Positions 17,035-25,908 of a stretch of DNA of 40,000 bases are shown in pieces. This stretch comes from an uncultured phage cr11_1. A model generated the notes under the pieces. That model searched no databases. It had not been told where the DNA came from and saw only the letters and a program-made list of their open reading frames with translations. The position numbers were made by a program, and so were the translations under genes. The stretch lies in sequence record MT774383.1. One strand, given 5' to 3'. Within the stretch, counting starts at the first letter, position 1; the number at the start of each line of letters is the position of its first letter.

Positions 17035-17373
17035 ATGATAATCGTCAAAAACAAAATAATTCCATTCGGTAGTTATACTACTATTAACTTATTTGGTATT
17101 CTATTTACTAAATCTGATTATCTTAATCCTACGACTATTAACCATGAACGTATTCATACAAAACAGATGCTCGAACTGCTTATGGTCGGTTATTATCTTT
17201 GGTATATTATTGAATATATAATTGTTCGTTTCTGTCATAAAAAACAGAATGATGCTTATCATGATATTAGCTTTGAAGAAGAAGCTCATAATAATGATAA
17301 TAATCTTCATTATCTCGATAATAGAAAACATTTTGCATGGTGGAAATACGTTCGATTGCGTTCTGCCGAATAG
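17035..17373 (+). CDS. Membrane-associated HExxH protein (putative metallopeptidase-like)
   Basis: 112 aa with NHERIHTKQMLELL, then the hydrophobic stretch VGYYLWYIIEYIIVRF and FEEEAHNND. Confidence 0.55.
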   Translation: MIIVKNKIIPFGSYTTINLFGILFTKSDYLNPTTINHERIHTKQMLELLMVGYYLWYIIEYIIVRFCHKKQNDAYHDISFEEEAHNNDNNLHYLDNRKHFAWWKYVRLRSAE

Positions 17374-17394
17374 CAAAACTATACTGTTACACGC

Positions 17395-17491
17395 ACGTAG
17401 ATGCGGTTTGCTTTACGCCTATTCGATTCAGATATACGAAATGATTAATCTATCGAGATAGACACAAAATGGCTTGACGAGCCTTAAAATG
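17395..17491 (+). repeat. Copy A of a two-copy ~97-nt intergenic element
   Basis: Gap-free alignment to 30183-30279. Identical blocks include GAAATGATTAATC and TGACGAGCCTTAAAAT. Confidence 0.75.
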
Positions 17492-17535
17492 CGTCACAGT
17501 AAATCACAATTAATAACGCTCTAATTAATGATATT

Positions 17536-17937
17536 ATGGACAATATTAAAATTTCTAAGTTCGTTGATGGACTTAACCTTGATAAAAATAGAAAGAAGTT
17601 GCTGATAACATTTATCGAAGAACTAATTAAAGAAAGTACGGAATCTGATTATAAACTTCCTTTAGCTTCTAATAGTACTCGTGGTGGTATTAAAAGCGGT
17701 TATCCACAAAATGGTAAAAATTATCCTGTTCAAATTGATGCTCAAGAACAAGCTTATGTTTCTGTTCCTTGGACTGATAATAATACTACTTATACTGCTG
17801 CAACTGCTTCTGTATTAGGATTAGTTAAGAAAGGTGCTGCTGTTGCTCCTGTTGTTACTGGAGCTGATGCTGCTGCATTAGTTACTAAAATAAATGAACT
17901 TTTGACAAGTCTTAAAAACGCTGGTATAATCGCTTAA
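17536..17937 (+). CDS. Head-fiber-domain protein
   Basis: 133 aa with C-terminus ATASVLGLVKKGAAVAPVVTGADAAALVTKINELLTSLKNAGIIA, resembling phage head-fiber domains. Confidence 0.5.
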   Translation: MDNIKISKFVDGLNLDKNRKKLLITFIEELIKESTESDYKLPLASNSTRGGIKSGYPQNGKNYPVQIDAQEQAYVSVPWTDNNTTYTAATASVLGLVKKGAAVAPVVTGADAAALVTKINELLTSLKNAGIIA

Positions 17938-17944
17938 ATCAATA

Positions 17945-18037
17945 ATGATTATGAAAAAGATAATTGAAATACTGCAAGCTATATATGAAGAATTAAAGTT
18001 GCAAACTAAAATATTAAGAGGAGAAGAAGATGTATGA
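17945..18037 (+). CDS. Small ORF translationally coupled to the next gene
   Basis: ATG at 17945 gives MIMKKIIEILQAIYEELKLQTKILRGEEDV, stop TGA at 18035-18037 overlapping ATG 18034 (ATGA). Confidence 0.4.
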   Translation: MIMKKIIEILQAIYEELKLQTKILRGEEDV

Positions 18038-19506
18038 TAGTTGGTAATCCTATTATTATGATTCTTAAAGCTATACTTAATTGGTTTCGTCTTAGACGCG
18101 ATTATATAGCTAATGCTGTTGATAAAATTCCTCCGGAAATTAAAGATGCTCTTGTAGCTTGGTATAGTCCTTATAAACAAAAGTTGACTAACTATGATGT
18201 TATTGAAGCATACACGGAAGATTTTACAACATGGACGGTTAATAAAGAAGGAGTTATTGCTAATGTCACAAGCAAATCTATTACAATCACCAATGTTTTA
18301 AATTTAAATCCGCTAATTTATGATTATGATACATTTAGCGTGCGTCTCAGAATAGACGGATTAAAAAATGGTCAAGGTATATTCTTTGGAGACAATAAAG
18401 AATATACAATTAGTGAAAATGGTATATACGACATTGATACGACAGAAAATATAAGAACTAATTTTATCGGTGAATGTAATATCACCATCACCCAGTTACC
18501 CACTTCTATTCTAAAAGACTTTAGCGGTAATAAACATGATGCTTATCTTTATGGTTTTAAAGGTAAGTTGAATAGTGGTGTTGGTATTTATGCTCAAGAT
18601 TTTAAGAATTGGAGTTATGGTTCAACTATTAATAAAGATATAAGTACAAAATCTTATAACAAATTTCATATAGTTAAAAAGAAAGCCGATAATTGGTTTG
18701 GTTTTACTATTGGTATTCAAAAAGCCAATTATTATAATAAACCTTATAAGCTTAAGTTTAATTTTAATAAAAAAATTGATGATATTATATTTAGTGTTGT
18801 TTCTACTGATGGTAATTTAATTTCTACTCAATGTTTTTCGGCTATTATAAATAATGGTTCTGTTGTAGATGTTCCTATTATAAGTGAAGAAATATTTAAC
18901 AATCAAAAAGAACATGCTATTTATTATGATTTTGGTACTAATAAAGATATTGAAATTGACGTAGAATTAATTCCTGATTATCCTAATCAGCTTTGCTATG
19001 ACGGTAAATCTTATGCAGTTGCTTATGGGCTTCCTATTCTAACTGATTATACTGTTATCGCTGATAGAACTTGGTTTATAGATAAAGAAGAACGTGTTTT
19101 TATTAGTAAGACAACCGGTCAAAATGGTGCGTTTATATTTGAATATAAAACTCCGGCAAATAATAAAACTTATTCTTATTATCAGCAGAATGATATAGTA
19201 ATAGATAACAATAATAAAGTTGTTTATCAAACTAAAAATAGTTATAATGGAAGCCCTATACAAGCTGGTAATAAACAAGATACTGATGTTTTATATATAG
19301 GAAATATTAGAGTTCCAGATAGTAGAAGTTTTATTGGTTGTCATGGAGATATTTTGTTATTTAATCGTACTCTTACTGATGATGAATTAGATTTAGTTAA
19401 AGAACATTTCTTTGGTATTGTTCGTATTAAAGATGCTCTTTTAACTGTTGATGGCAAACCTATAATAACTACCGATAATAAATATATTAAAGTAAATAAA
19501 AAATAA
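18034..19506 (+). CDS. Fiber/receptor-binding-type protein, LamG/concanavalin-like
   Basis: 490 aa with 'GDILLFNRTLTDDELDLVKEHFFG' and beta-rich context, as in LamG-type domains, plus the 'IPPEIKDALVAWYSP' segment. Confidence 0.5.
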   Translation: MIVGNPIIMILKAILNWFRLRRDYIANAVDKIPPEIKDALVAWYSPYKQKLTNYDVIEAYTEDFTTWTVNKEGVIANVTSKSITITNVLNLNPLIYDYDTFSVRLRIDGLKNGQGIFFGDNKEYTISENGIYDIDTTENIRTNFIGECNITITQLPTSILKDFSGNKHDAYLYGFKGKLNSGVGIYAQDFKNWSYGSTINKDISTKSYNKFHIVKKKADNWFGFTIGIQKANYYNKPYKLKFNFNKKIDDIIFSVVSTDGNLISTQCFSAIINNGSVVDVPIISEEIFNNQKEHAIYYDFGTNKDIEIDVELIPDYPNQLCYDGKSYAVAYGLPILTDYTVIADRTWFIDKEERVFISKTTGQNGAFIFEYKTPANNKTYSYYQQNDIVIDNNNKVVYQTKNSYNGSPIQAGNKQDTDVLYIGNIRVPDSRSFIGCHGDILLFNRTLTDDELDLVKEHFFGIVRIKDALLTVDGKPIITTDNKYIKVNKK

Positions 19507-19511
19507 TAATT

Positions 19512-21296
19512 ATGGAAACTAAAGCAATCGACGGAGTTAGTATAAGTCAACTACAAAATAAATTTATGACTGGTGATGAATTAATTCCTGTTGAATATGA
19601 TGGTAAAAATTATAATATTAATACAAGAGATATTTTTAATAATGTAAGTGATTATAATGTTAGCGTTTTATTTCCCAACGATGGAATAAATGGCGATAAT
19701 AAATATGATTTAGAACAAGCTTGTAAAATTTTAAAACCTTATTTTGATAATCAAAATGCTAAACATGGATTTATTATTTCTTTTTATAATTCTGACAATA
19801 TTATAGAAAAATGGTTATTTTGTAAAGATAATATTGCTCCTAAGAATTTTATGAAAATAAATACTTATGAAAATCCAAATAATTATATCGGCGTTTTAAA
19901 GAAAGGTGTTTATCCGAATAAATATGTTATTTTTAAAGGTAAACAATTTGCTGGATTAAGTATTAGTATAAATTTTAAAACCTTTGATGATAGCGGAGCT
20001 ATTGTTGGCTATGATGAAAATAAAGAAATTGTTTTATATTATACAGAAAGTTTTACTGCTGAAATTCCTGATAATTTAGTAAGTTTAAATATAGAATACA
20101 ATAGTATTGAAATTATAGATGATATTATATTGCAAATAAGCCCTATTGAGTTAAATAAACGTTTATCTAATGATGAAAAAAAAATACAAAAGATTTATGA
20201 TGCTGTATTTGAAATTCCTTTAATTTCTTTACCGCAAATTAATATTGGCGGAAATATTGAAAATAATATTGTTATTGAAAATGGATATTTATCTACTTAT
20301 TATCAAAATACTACAAAAAATATTCAAAATATTATTATTAAAGGAACTGCAAATCCTTATATATATAATTATCCATTATATGGTTTTTCTAATACTAAAC
20401 CTATTGTTGGAACAACATTAGAAAATGTTGCTATTGCTAAAAAGAAAGGAGAAGTTGTTGAACATAAAACGACTATTAATCCAAATCAATATATTTATAT
20501 TAACGGTAATGAAAATAAATTAAAAATATATGAAGTAAAAGACGAACAAGAAAAGAATATTCAATTATTTAATATTATACGTCAACATAATAGTCTTTAT
20601 AATAAAAAGTATGTTGCTGCTGGAGATAGTTTTACAGAAGCAATATTTGAAGCTTTTACAGATGAAAATGGATTAAAAGGAAAACAAAGTCCTGAATTTT
20701 GGGATTCTAAATGGAATTGTTGGAAAAGTTATGCTTATCATATTGCTAAAAGAAATGAAATGATATTTTATCCCAATGGAGTGTCTGGTTCAACTATTCA
20801 CGATAATGGAAATAAAAATGCTTTTTGTAAAGAAAGATATAAAAATACTGATAAAATACCTTTAGATACTGATTATTTAACATTAATGTTTGGTTTAAAT
20901 GAAATCAATCTTGTTACTGATGATAAAATAGGAGATAAAAATAGTGTAGATGATACTACATGGTGGGGAGCATGGAATAAAGTTCTTGAATATTATATAA
21001 CAAGTATGCCTTATTGTAAAATTGGTATTATTATAGCAGACGCATGGTTTCATAAAACATTAAGGGATGAACTTATTAAAATATCTAATTATTGGGGTAT
21101 TCCTTATCTTGATTTAAAAGGTGATTTACAAGTACCTATGATGCTTGATGGTAGATATGATAATTCTATTATTAATTCTAAAGCTATTCAATTAAGAAAT
21201 AAAGCTTTTCAAACTTCCGATACCGACCATCATCCTAACCCTAAAGGACATTTATATAGAAGTACAATAATAGAAAATTTTTTAAGAAGATTATGA
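19512..21296 (+). CDS. Fiber protein with C-terminal SGNH/GDSL-type hydrolase domain
   Basis: AAGDSFTEA (block I), FGLNEIN (block III-like) and DTDHHPNPKGH (block V D-x-x-H-like) in the C-terminal ~230 aa. Confidence 0.75.
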   Translation: METKAIDGVSISQLQNKFMTGDELIPVEYDGKNYNINTRDIFNNVSDYNVSVLFPNDGINGDNKYDLEQACKILKPYFDNQNAKHGFIISFYNSDNIIEKWLFCKDNIAPKNFMKINTYENPNNYIGVLKKGVYPNKYVIFKGKQFAGLSISINFKTFDDSGAIVGYDENKEIVLYYTESFTAEIPDNLVSLNIEYNSIEIIDDIILQISPIELNKRLSNDEKKIQKIYDAVFEIPLISLPQINIGGNIENNIVIENGYLSTYYQNTTKNIQNIIIKGTANPYIYNYPLYGFSNTKPIVGTTLENVAIAKKKGEVVEHKTTINPNQYIYINGNENKLKIYEVKDEQEKNIQLFNIIRQHNSLYNKKYVAAGDSFTEAIFEAFTDENGLKGKQSPEFWDSKWNCWKSYAYHIAKRNEMIFYPNGVSGSTIHDNGNKNAFCKERYKNTDKIPLDTDYLTLMFGLNEINLVTDDKIGDKNSVDDTTWWGAWNKVLEYYITSMPYCKIGIIIADAWFHKTLRDELIKISNYWGIPYLDLKGDLQVPMMLDGRYDNSIINSKAIQLRNKAFQTSDTDHHPNPKGHLYRSTIIENFLRRL

Positions 21297-21499
21297 TAAA
21301 CAAAAATGATTTTATAGGTATATTTATATATGCTTTTGCGACTGTATTTCTCGGATACAAGTTCGCGTTCTTGATATTGTTCATAAAAGAAAATAGTGAT
21401 AGATGTTGTTATTATAATGGTAAATGGAATATTAAAGATTTGATTCTTTATTCTGTTTGTATTATAATTGGAGTACTTCTTGTTCATTATCTTAGTTAG
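21293..21499 (+). CDS. Small membrane protein
   Basis: 68-aa ORF with two hydrophobic helices. Overlaps the preceding stop (ATGA). Confidence 0.5.
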   Translation: MINKNDFIGIFIYAFATVFLGYKFAFLILFIKENSDRCCYYNGKWNIKDLILYSVCIIIGVLLVHYLS

Positions 21500-21504
21500 A
21501 CTTG

Positions 21505-21555
21505 CCGCTTATTTCTCTATCGTTAATTCGGTAGTAGAAATAAGCGGTTTCTTTT
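21505..21555 (+). terminator. Intrinsic terminator
   Basis: CCGCTTATTTCT / AGAAATAAGCGG perfect 12-bp stem followed by TTTCTTTTT. Confidence 0.8.
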
Positions 21556-21667
21556 TGTCTTGTTTGAAATATCCAAAAATTTTATTCTCATAGTCTTTGT
21601 TTATATAGTTGTAATTGCAATTACAGAAATATAAATTTTATTATTAATCTTATTAAACTTAACTATT

Positions 21668-22366
21668 ATGATGTTAGTTGATAAAGAAACTGGAAAAGGT
21701 TATGTTGAAATGGAAAAAGTTCATCATGACAAAAAGGAATATGCTTCTAAAGGTGTTGCAGGTACTGCTCTTGGACTTGGTATTGCCGGTACTGCTTTGG
21801 CATTGTTTAACAACGGTTTTGGTGGCAATTTGTTTGGCTGTCGTGGCGCCGCTGCTGATGGTGCTGTAGCTGCTGCAAGTATTGCTAATGAACGTTATCT
21901 TGAACGTAAACAATGCGCCGACCATGTACAATTTGTTAATGATATGTGGCGTACAAGCTATAATCAGCAAAATCAACGTTTTGAAGATAGACAAACTATC
22001 AATCAAGAAATGTTTGGAATTTATTCAGCCATGAGAAATGGTTTTGATATTATTAATGCTACTGCTAATAAGAATGCTTTTGATTTGTATAAGTATTCTC
22101 GCGATAATAAAGACGAACTTGCTGGTCAGATAGGTGAACTTAAAACAGAAGTTGCTGTTCTTAAAGCTACTCGTCCTTATCAAGATGCTTTGATTCAGTG
22201 TGATATTCGTCGTGTTGCTGAACATGCTGATTTTAATTTATGGCGTAGAACTTGTCGTATGATTAGTGGAGAAGTTGTTCTTCCTAATACTCCTACTGTT
22301 ACAGGTTATGCAAGTTATAATCCTTGTGATTGTCGTAATAATTCTGCACAAACTCCTGCTGCGTAA
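21668..22366 (+). CDS. Uncharacterised phage protein with Gly-rich hydrophobic N-terminus
   Basis: 232-aa ORF with 'KGVAGTALGLGIAGTALALFNNGFGG' and a following helical region. Confidence 0.5.
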   Translation: MMLVDKETGKGYVEMEKVHHDKKEYASKGVAGTALGLGIAGTALALFNNGFGGNLFGCRGAAADGAVAAASIANERYLERKQCADHVQFVNDMWRTSYNQQNQRFEDRQTINQEMFGIYSAMRNGFDIINATANKNAFDLYKYSRDNKDELAGQIGELKTEVAVLKATRPYQDALIQCDIRRVAEHADFNLWRRTCRMISGEVVLPNTPTVTGYASYNPCDCRNNSAQTPAA

Positions 22367-22377
22367 ATTATAATCAA

Positions 22378-22411
22378 AGAGTAGGGAGAAATAATCTTCC
22401 TACTCTTATTC
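22378..22411 (+). terminator. Terminator-like hairpin
   Basis: AGAGTAGGGAGA / TCTTCCTACTCT (12 pairs, one wobble), short loop, T-rich tail. Confidence 0.6.
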
Positions 22412-22431
22412 ATTTTTAAAATTCTTATATT

Positions 22432-22953
22432 ATGAATTATCCTCAATATCAAGTTAATCTTGGATATGACCCATTGCTTGCTGGTGTTAATTCTCCAGTA
22501 GATTATGTTGCTCAACTTGATAATCAAATACAACAATTAAACATTGCTAAGAATCAAATTCAATCTCAATTAAATAATCCTGCTCAAACAAATCAGCAAC
22601 AATTTACTGAACAAAAAATTAATCTTTGGGACGAAATAGATAAAGAAGTTAGTAGTTTAAATAACGACCAACAAGCTATTCTTGCTAAAGATGAAGTTTA
22701 TAACAAACTTTCTGGAGAACTTCAAATGCTAATACAAGAAGAATTAATTAATTCTGTTAAAGATAAAGTAGCTAATTCTCCTCGTGGCAAAGAACTTCTT
22801 GAAAAACAACTTAATAATATTCGTACTAAGAAAGATAGTATTATCGAAGAAGCCAATAGAGAATTAGAGCTATTTAAGAAGTTTCAAATTGCTGCTCAAG
22901 CTAATCCTAAACTTACTTATGTCGAATTTTGTAAAACTATTAATAACGAATAA
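22432..22953 (+). CDS. Hypothetical coiled-coil-rich protein
   Basis: 173-aa ORF with Q/N/K-rich helical sequence. Confidence 0.5.
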   Translation: MNYPQYQVNLGYDPLLAGVNSPVDYVAQLDNQIQQLNIAKNQIQSQLNNPAQTNQQQFTEQKINLWDEIDKEVSSLNNDQQAILAKDEVYNKLSGELQMLIQEELINSVKDKVANSPRGKELLEKQLNNIRTKKDSIIEEANRELELFKKFQIAAQANPKLTYVEFCKTINNE

Positions 22954-22955
22954 TT

Positions 22956-23327
22956 ATGGTAGAAAGAAAAGTTATAATTGATAAACTTAATGAATTAGTT
23001 GATAGTAAAATTACTATTATTGCTGATACTAATCCATTTTTGAAAATATTTAAACCTTTTATTGATAAGGCTGCTGATAATTACATTTGTAAAATTAATA
23101 AATTTCTTCAAATGATTGAAGAAGAAAATGGTCTAATTGATATTGAAACTCTTCTTGGAAAATCTATTGATAATCTTATTGTTTCTCCAGTACAAGAATA
23201 TCCTGATATGCTTAAAGGTGTTACTATTGGCAATGGTAAAATTAGAATTGGTCTTCCAGGAATTAATAAAGATATAGTTTTAGATGCTAATGATATTGAA
23301 ACGTTTAAACAAAGTCTCGTTAAATAG
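22956..23327 (+). CDS. Hypothetical protein
   Basis: 123-aa ORF two bases after the preceding stop. Confidence 0.5.
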   Translation: MVERKVIIDKLNELVDSKITIIADTNPFLKIFKPFIDKAADNYICKINKFLQMIEEENGLIDIETLLGKSIDNLIVSPVQEYPDMLKGVTIGNGKIRIGLPGINKDIVLDANDIETFKQSLVK

Positions 23328-23355
23328 TGTATTTCTCGATTTAATTCTTAAAATA

Positions 23356-23402
23356 AGTGGCGGTAATCTGTTTGTGAAAATAGGTTATCGCCATTGTTTT
23401 TA
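23356..23402 (+). terminator. Intrinsic terminator
   Basis: TGGCGGTAA / TTATCGCCA stem followed by TTGTTTTT. Confidence 0.65.
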
Positions 23403-23425
23403 TAATGGTCGTATTGATAATATAA

Positions 23426-23433
23426 TATATTTG
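23426..23433 (+). promoter_or_regulatory. Possible Bacteroidetes-type -7 box (TAnnTTTG)
   Basis: TATATTTG followed by TCTT, ~32 nt upstream of ATG 23465. Same local context (ATTTGTCTT) as at 1420. Confidence 0.3.
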
Positions 23434-23464
23434 TCTTATTACTAATATTAATATTGTTATTCCT

Positions 23465-24166
23465 ATGGCTACACTAAACCAATTAATCAGTGAAATTGCT
23501 CATGCTGCCGGTTCTCCGAATACATTAGCTGTTCGTAGAAACATTCGTCAAGCGATTATTCATACTCGTAATGAATTAGTTCGTAGAAGTTATGAAGCTC
23601 ATGGCTATATTGATAACGGTCTTGAACAACGTTTTAGACTTGAACTTGTTGATGTTCCTGATGGTGATTTGTATAAATCAGAGGGATTGAATCTTCCTTT
23701 TGTTAAGAGAACTAAACATAAAGTTCCTCGTCCTGTACGTCTTATTAATAATACTCCTTTTCAATCTGTTTCTACTGTTGGAACTTATACTCTTTCAGTT
23801 CCTTTTGTTCGTGAGCATGCTACTCAATTTTATAATCATTTAATTGGTCTTTGTCGTGTTCTTCGTTATGATTATATAAATGATTATATTTATATATTTA
23901 CTAATTCTGATACAATACAAGCTAATATTAATTTTATTGTTGTCAAATCTCCTTTTGAATATCCTCATTTAATTAAAACTGAAACTGTTGAATCTGCCGG
24001 AAGTTTTTCTGATACAGATTATGATGATAGCGAAGAATTAGATGATAATGAATTTCTTCTTCCGGAAGATATGATTGGTAATATTAAGGATATTATATTT
24101 AAACGCAATCTACTTAATGTTGCTCGTGAGACAAACGAAACTCCTGTTGAAAATCTTGTTCGATAA
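23465..24166 (+). CDS. Neck/tail ring-like structural protein
   Basis: 233-aa ORF with a helical N-terminus plus beta-rich C-terminus. Position fits crAss-like ring proteins. Confidence 0.5.
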   Translation: MATLNQLISEIAHAAGSPNTLAVRRNIRQAIIHTRNELVRRSYEAHGYIDNGLEQRFRLELVDVPDGDLYKSEGLNLPFVKRTKHKVPRPVRLINNTPFQSVSTVGTYTLSVPFVREHATQFYNHLIGLCRVLRYDYINDYIYIFTNSDTIQANINFIVVKSPFEYPHLIKTETVESAGSFSDTDYDDSEELDDNEFLLPEDMIGNIKDIIFKRNLLNVARETNETPVENLVR

Positions 24167-24169
24167 GTT

Positions 24170-25126
24170 ATGGTTGCTGATATAGATATTAAACATTATT
24201 ACGCTAAGTTTATAGAACAATCTAAATCTGATTATGAAGATAGTAAAAAAGAATATGATGATTTAGTTGTTGTTAAAGGAAAACTTTATAGAAATCTTAA
24301 TGATAAACTTGATATTATTAATAATTTCTTTGAATTAGAATTATCTTCTCTTGATAACGACGAAGAAATATTAGTCGTTGATTATGATGCTATTCGTAAT
24401 AAAGTTAAAACTTCTGGTTTTATTCAATCTGATTCTTCTCATAAAGTTACTGTTCTTAATTTTATTCGTTATGTTCAAACTACCAAACTAATATATGGTA
24501 AAAAGAAACAACTTGAAGTTGCTAAAATTCGTAAGATGATTAGTATTACCGATTATAAAAAACTTGTTTATAATTTTTATAATTATGGTGTTGCTAAATG
24601 TATTCTTGAAGGAAATGGATATAAATTTGCTGGCGGTTTAGGAACTATTGTTTGTAATCGTTGGAAAGTTCTTTCCGATAAGAAAGTTATTGATTTTCAT
24701 GCTACTAACAGAAAGAAAAAAGAAATTATTGCTGCTGGTCTAAAACCTTATGATAAAGAAGAAGCTGAAATATATAAACTTCGTGGAATGAAATATGACG
24801 GAGTTGATTATAAAGTTTATAAAAGTAATGATTATTATTATGAATTTAAACTTATAGATAATAATCGTTATCATTCTGTTAATGTTAAGTTTATTCGTAA
24901 GGATAGATTTCCTAAAGATTTTAGTGGTAAAAGCCATGAAGAAATAGCTAAAGCTTGTAATTCTGTTGATGATATTTATAAACTTAAAGCTGATATTAGA
25001 TGTAAACTTATGATACTTCTTCATTATGAACCTATGTCTTATCTTAATTTTGTAAGAAATGCAGAACAAAATGAACATAACGTTGGAGCACATAATAGCA
25101 AAAATCGACAACGATTTCAATCCTGA
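24170..25126 (+). CDS. Tail/neck structural protein
   Basis: 318-aa ORF in a tight cluster. Confidence 0.45.
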   Translation: MVADIDIKHYYAKFIEQSKSDYEDSKKEYDDLVVVKGKLYRNLNDKLDIINNFFELELSSLDNDEEILVVDYDAIRNKVKTSGFIQSDSSHKVTVLNFIRYVQTTKLIYGKKKQLEVAKIRKMISITDYKKLVYNFYNYGVAKCILEGNGYKFAGGLGTIVCNRWKVLSDKKVIDFHATNRKKKEIIAAGLKPYDKEEAEIYKLRGMKYDGVDYKVYKSNDYYYEFKLIDNNRYHSVNVKFIRKDRFPKDFSGKSHEEIAKACNSVDDIYKLKADIRCKLMILLHYEPMSYLNFVRNAEQNEHNVGAHNSKNRQRFQS

Positions 25127-25901
25127 TAATAGCGATTGGATTGCTCGTGTTCCTGCATGGTGTGTTGATGCTATGTCTCAACTTAAAGTTCTTAGAACTG
25201 AATATAAAACTCGAAAGCTAAACGTAGAAAATCGTATAGCTCACAGCCCTTGTCCTATTACTAATAGCAAGGGTTTTGCTGTTTATGACCGTAATGGTTG
25301 TGAGATTAAAAGTCTTGCTTATAATAAGAAATATGCTCAATGTTGTAGTTCCTCTACGGGGGGTCGGGACGATATGGATAACGAAATATTAAGTCCGTCT
25401 GATACTATTTATCTTACTAATACAGGTGCTGATAGAACTCATTATCAAGCTATTGCTGAACATGTCAATACAGACGACTTTAATAAACGGCATACTGTTG
25501 CCGACCAATTCATATCCCCCGTAGAGGATAGAAGAAATTATGTTATTATTGATAATAATACTATTGAATTAAATTTTGATACTGATTTTATTACTATTCG
25601 TAATCTTGAAATAGCTACTGAATATAGCGATTATTTTAACGGAGAAATACCAGTAGTTCCTAATAACGGGCTTCTTATTGAAGCACTTGCTTATTACTGT
25701 ATGTATAAAATGCTTACTCGTGGTATGAAGCATCCTGTATTTAATCTTGCTGCTTCTCAATATGGAACTAATCCTTATTATATGTGGATGCAATTAAAAG
25801 ATAAAGCTAAAGCTTCTGTTATTGCCGACAATCAAGGAGTGAATGGTTATGATGGAGATGCTTGGCGTGCTTATTTTTATAATTATACATTTCCTAAATG
25901 A
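25059..25901 (+). CDS. Tail/neck ring-like structural protein
   Basis: 280-aa ORF overlapping the upstream ORF by ~68 nt. The true start may be the internal ATG four codons downstream. Contains an inverted GC-motif pair. Confidence 0.5.
   Translation: MQNKMNITLEHIIAKIDNDFNPDNSDWIARVPAWCVDAMSQLKVLRTEYKTRKLNVENRIAHSPCPITNSKGFAVYDRNGCEIKSLAYNKKYAQCCSSSTGGRDDMDNEILSPSDTIYLTNTGADRTHYQAIAEHVNTDDFNKRHTVADQFISPVEDRRNYVIIDNNTIELNFDTDFITIRNLEIATEYSDYFNGEIPVVPNNGLLIEALAYYCMYKMLTRGMKHPVFNLAASQYGTNPYYMWMQLKDKAKASVIADNQGVNGYDGDAWRAYFYNYTFPK
25349..25366 (+). repeat. GC-rich dispersed motif copy 8: TTCCTCTACGGGGGGTCG
   Basis: Near-perfect consensus match. Confidence 0.85.
25514..25529 (-). repeat. GC-rich dispersed motif copy 9: ATCCTCTACGGGGGAT
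   Basis: Reverse complement of ATCCCCCGTAGAGGAT. Confidence 0.85.
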
Positions 25902-25908
25902 TTAAATT

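Noticed and set aside
17395-17491. Hammerhead ribozyme or tRNA interpretation of the two-copy element
   Set aside because: The GACGAG and GAAA blocks superficially recall a hammerhead core, but the required CUGANGA is not present in either copy (UUGACGAG and GUGACGAG) and the stems do not match. No cloverleaf could be drawn.
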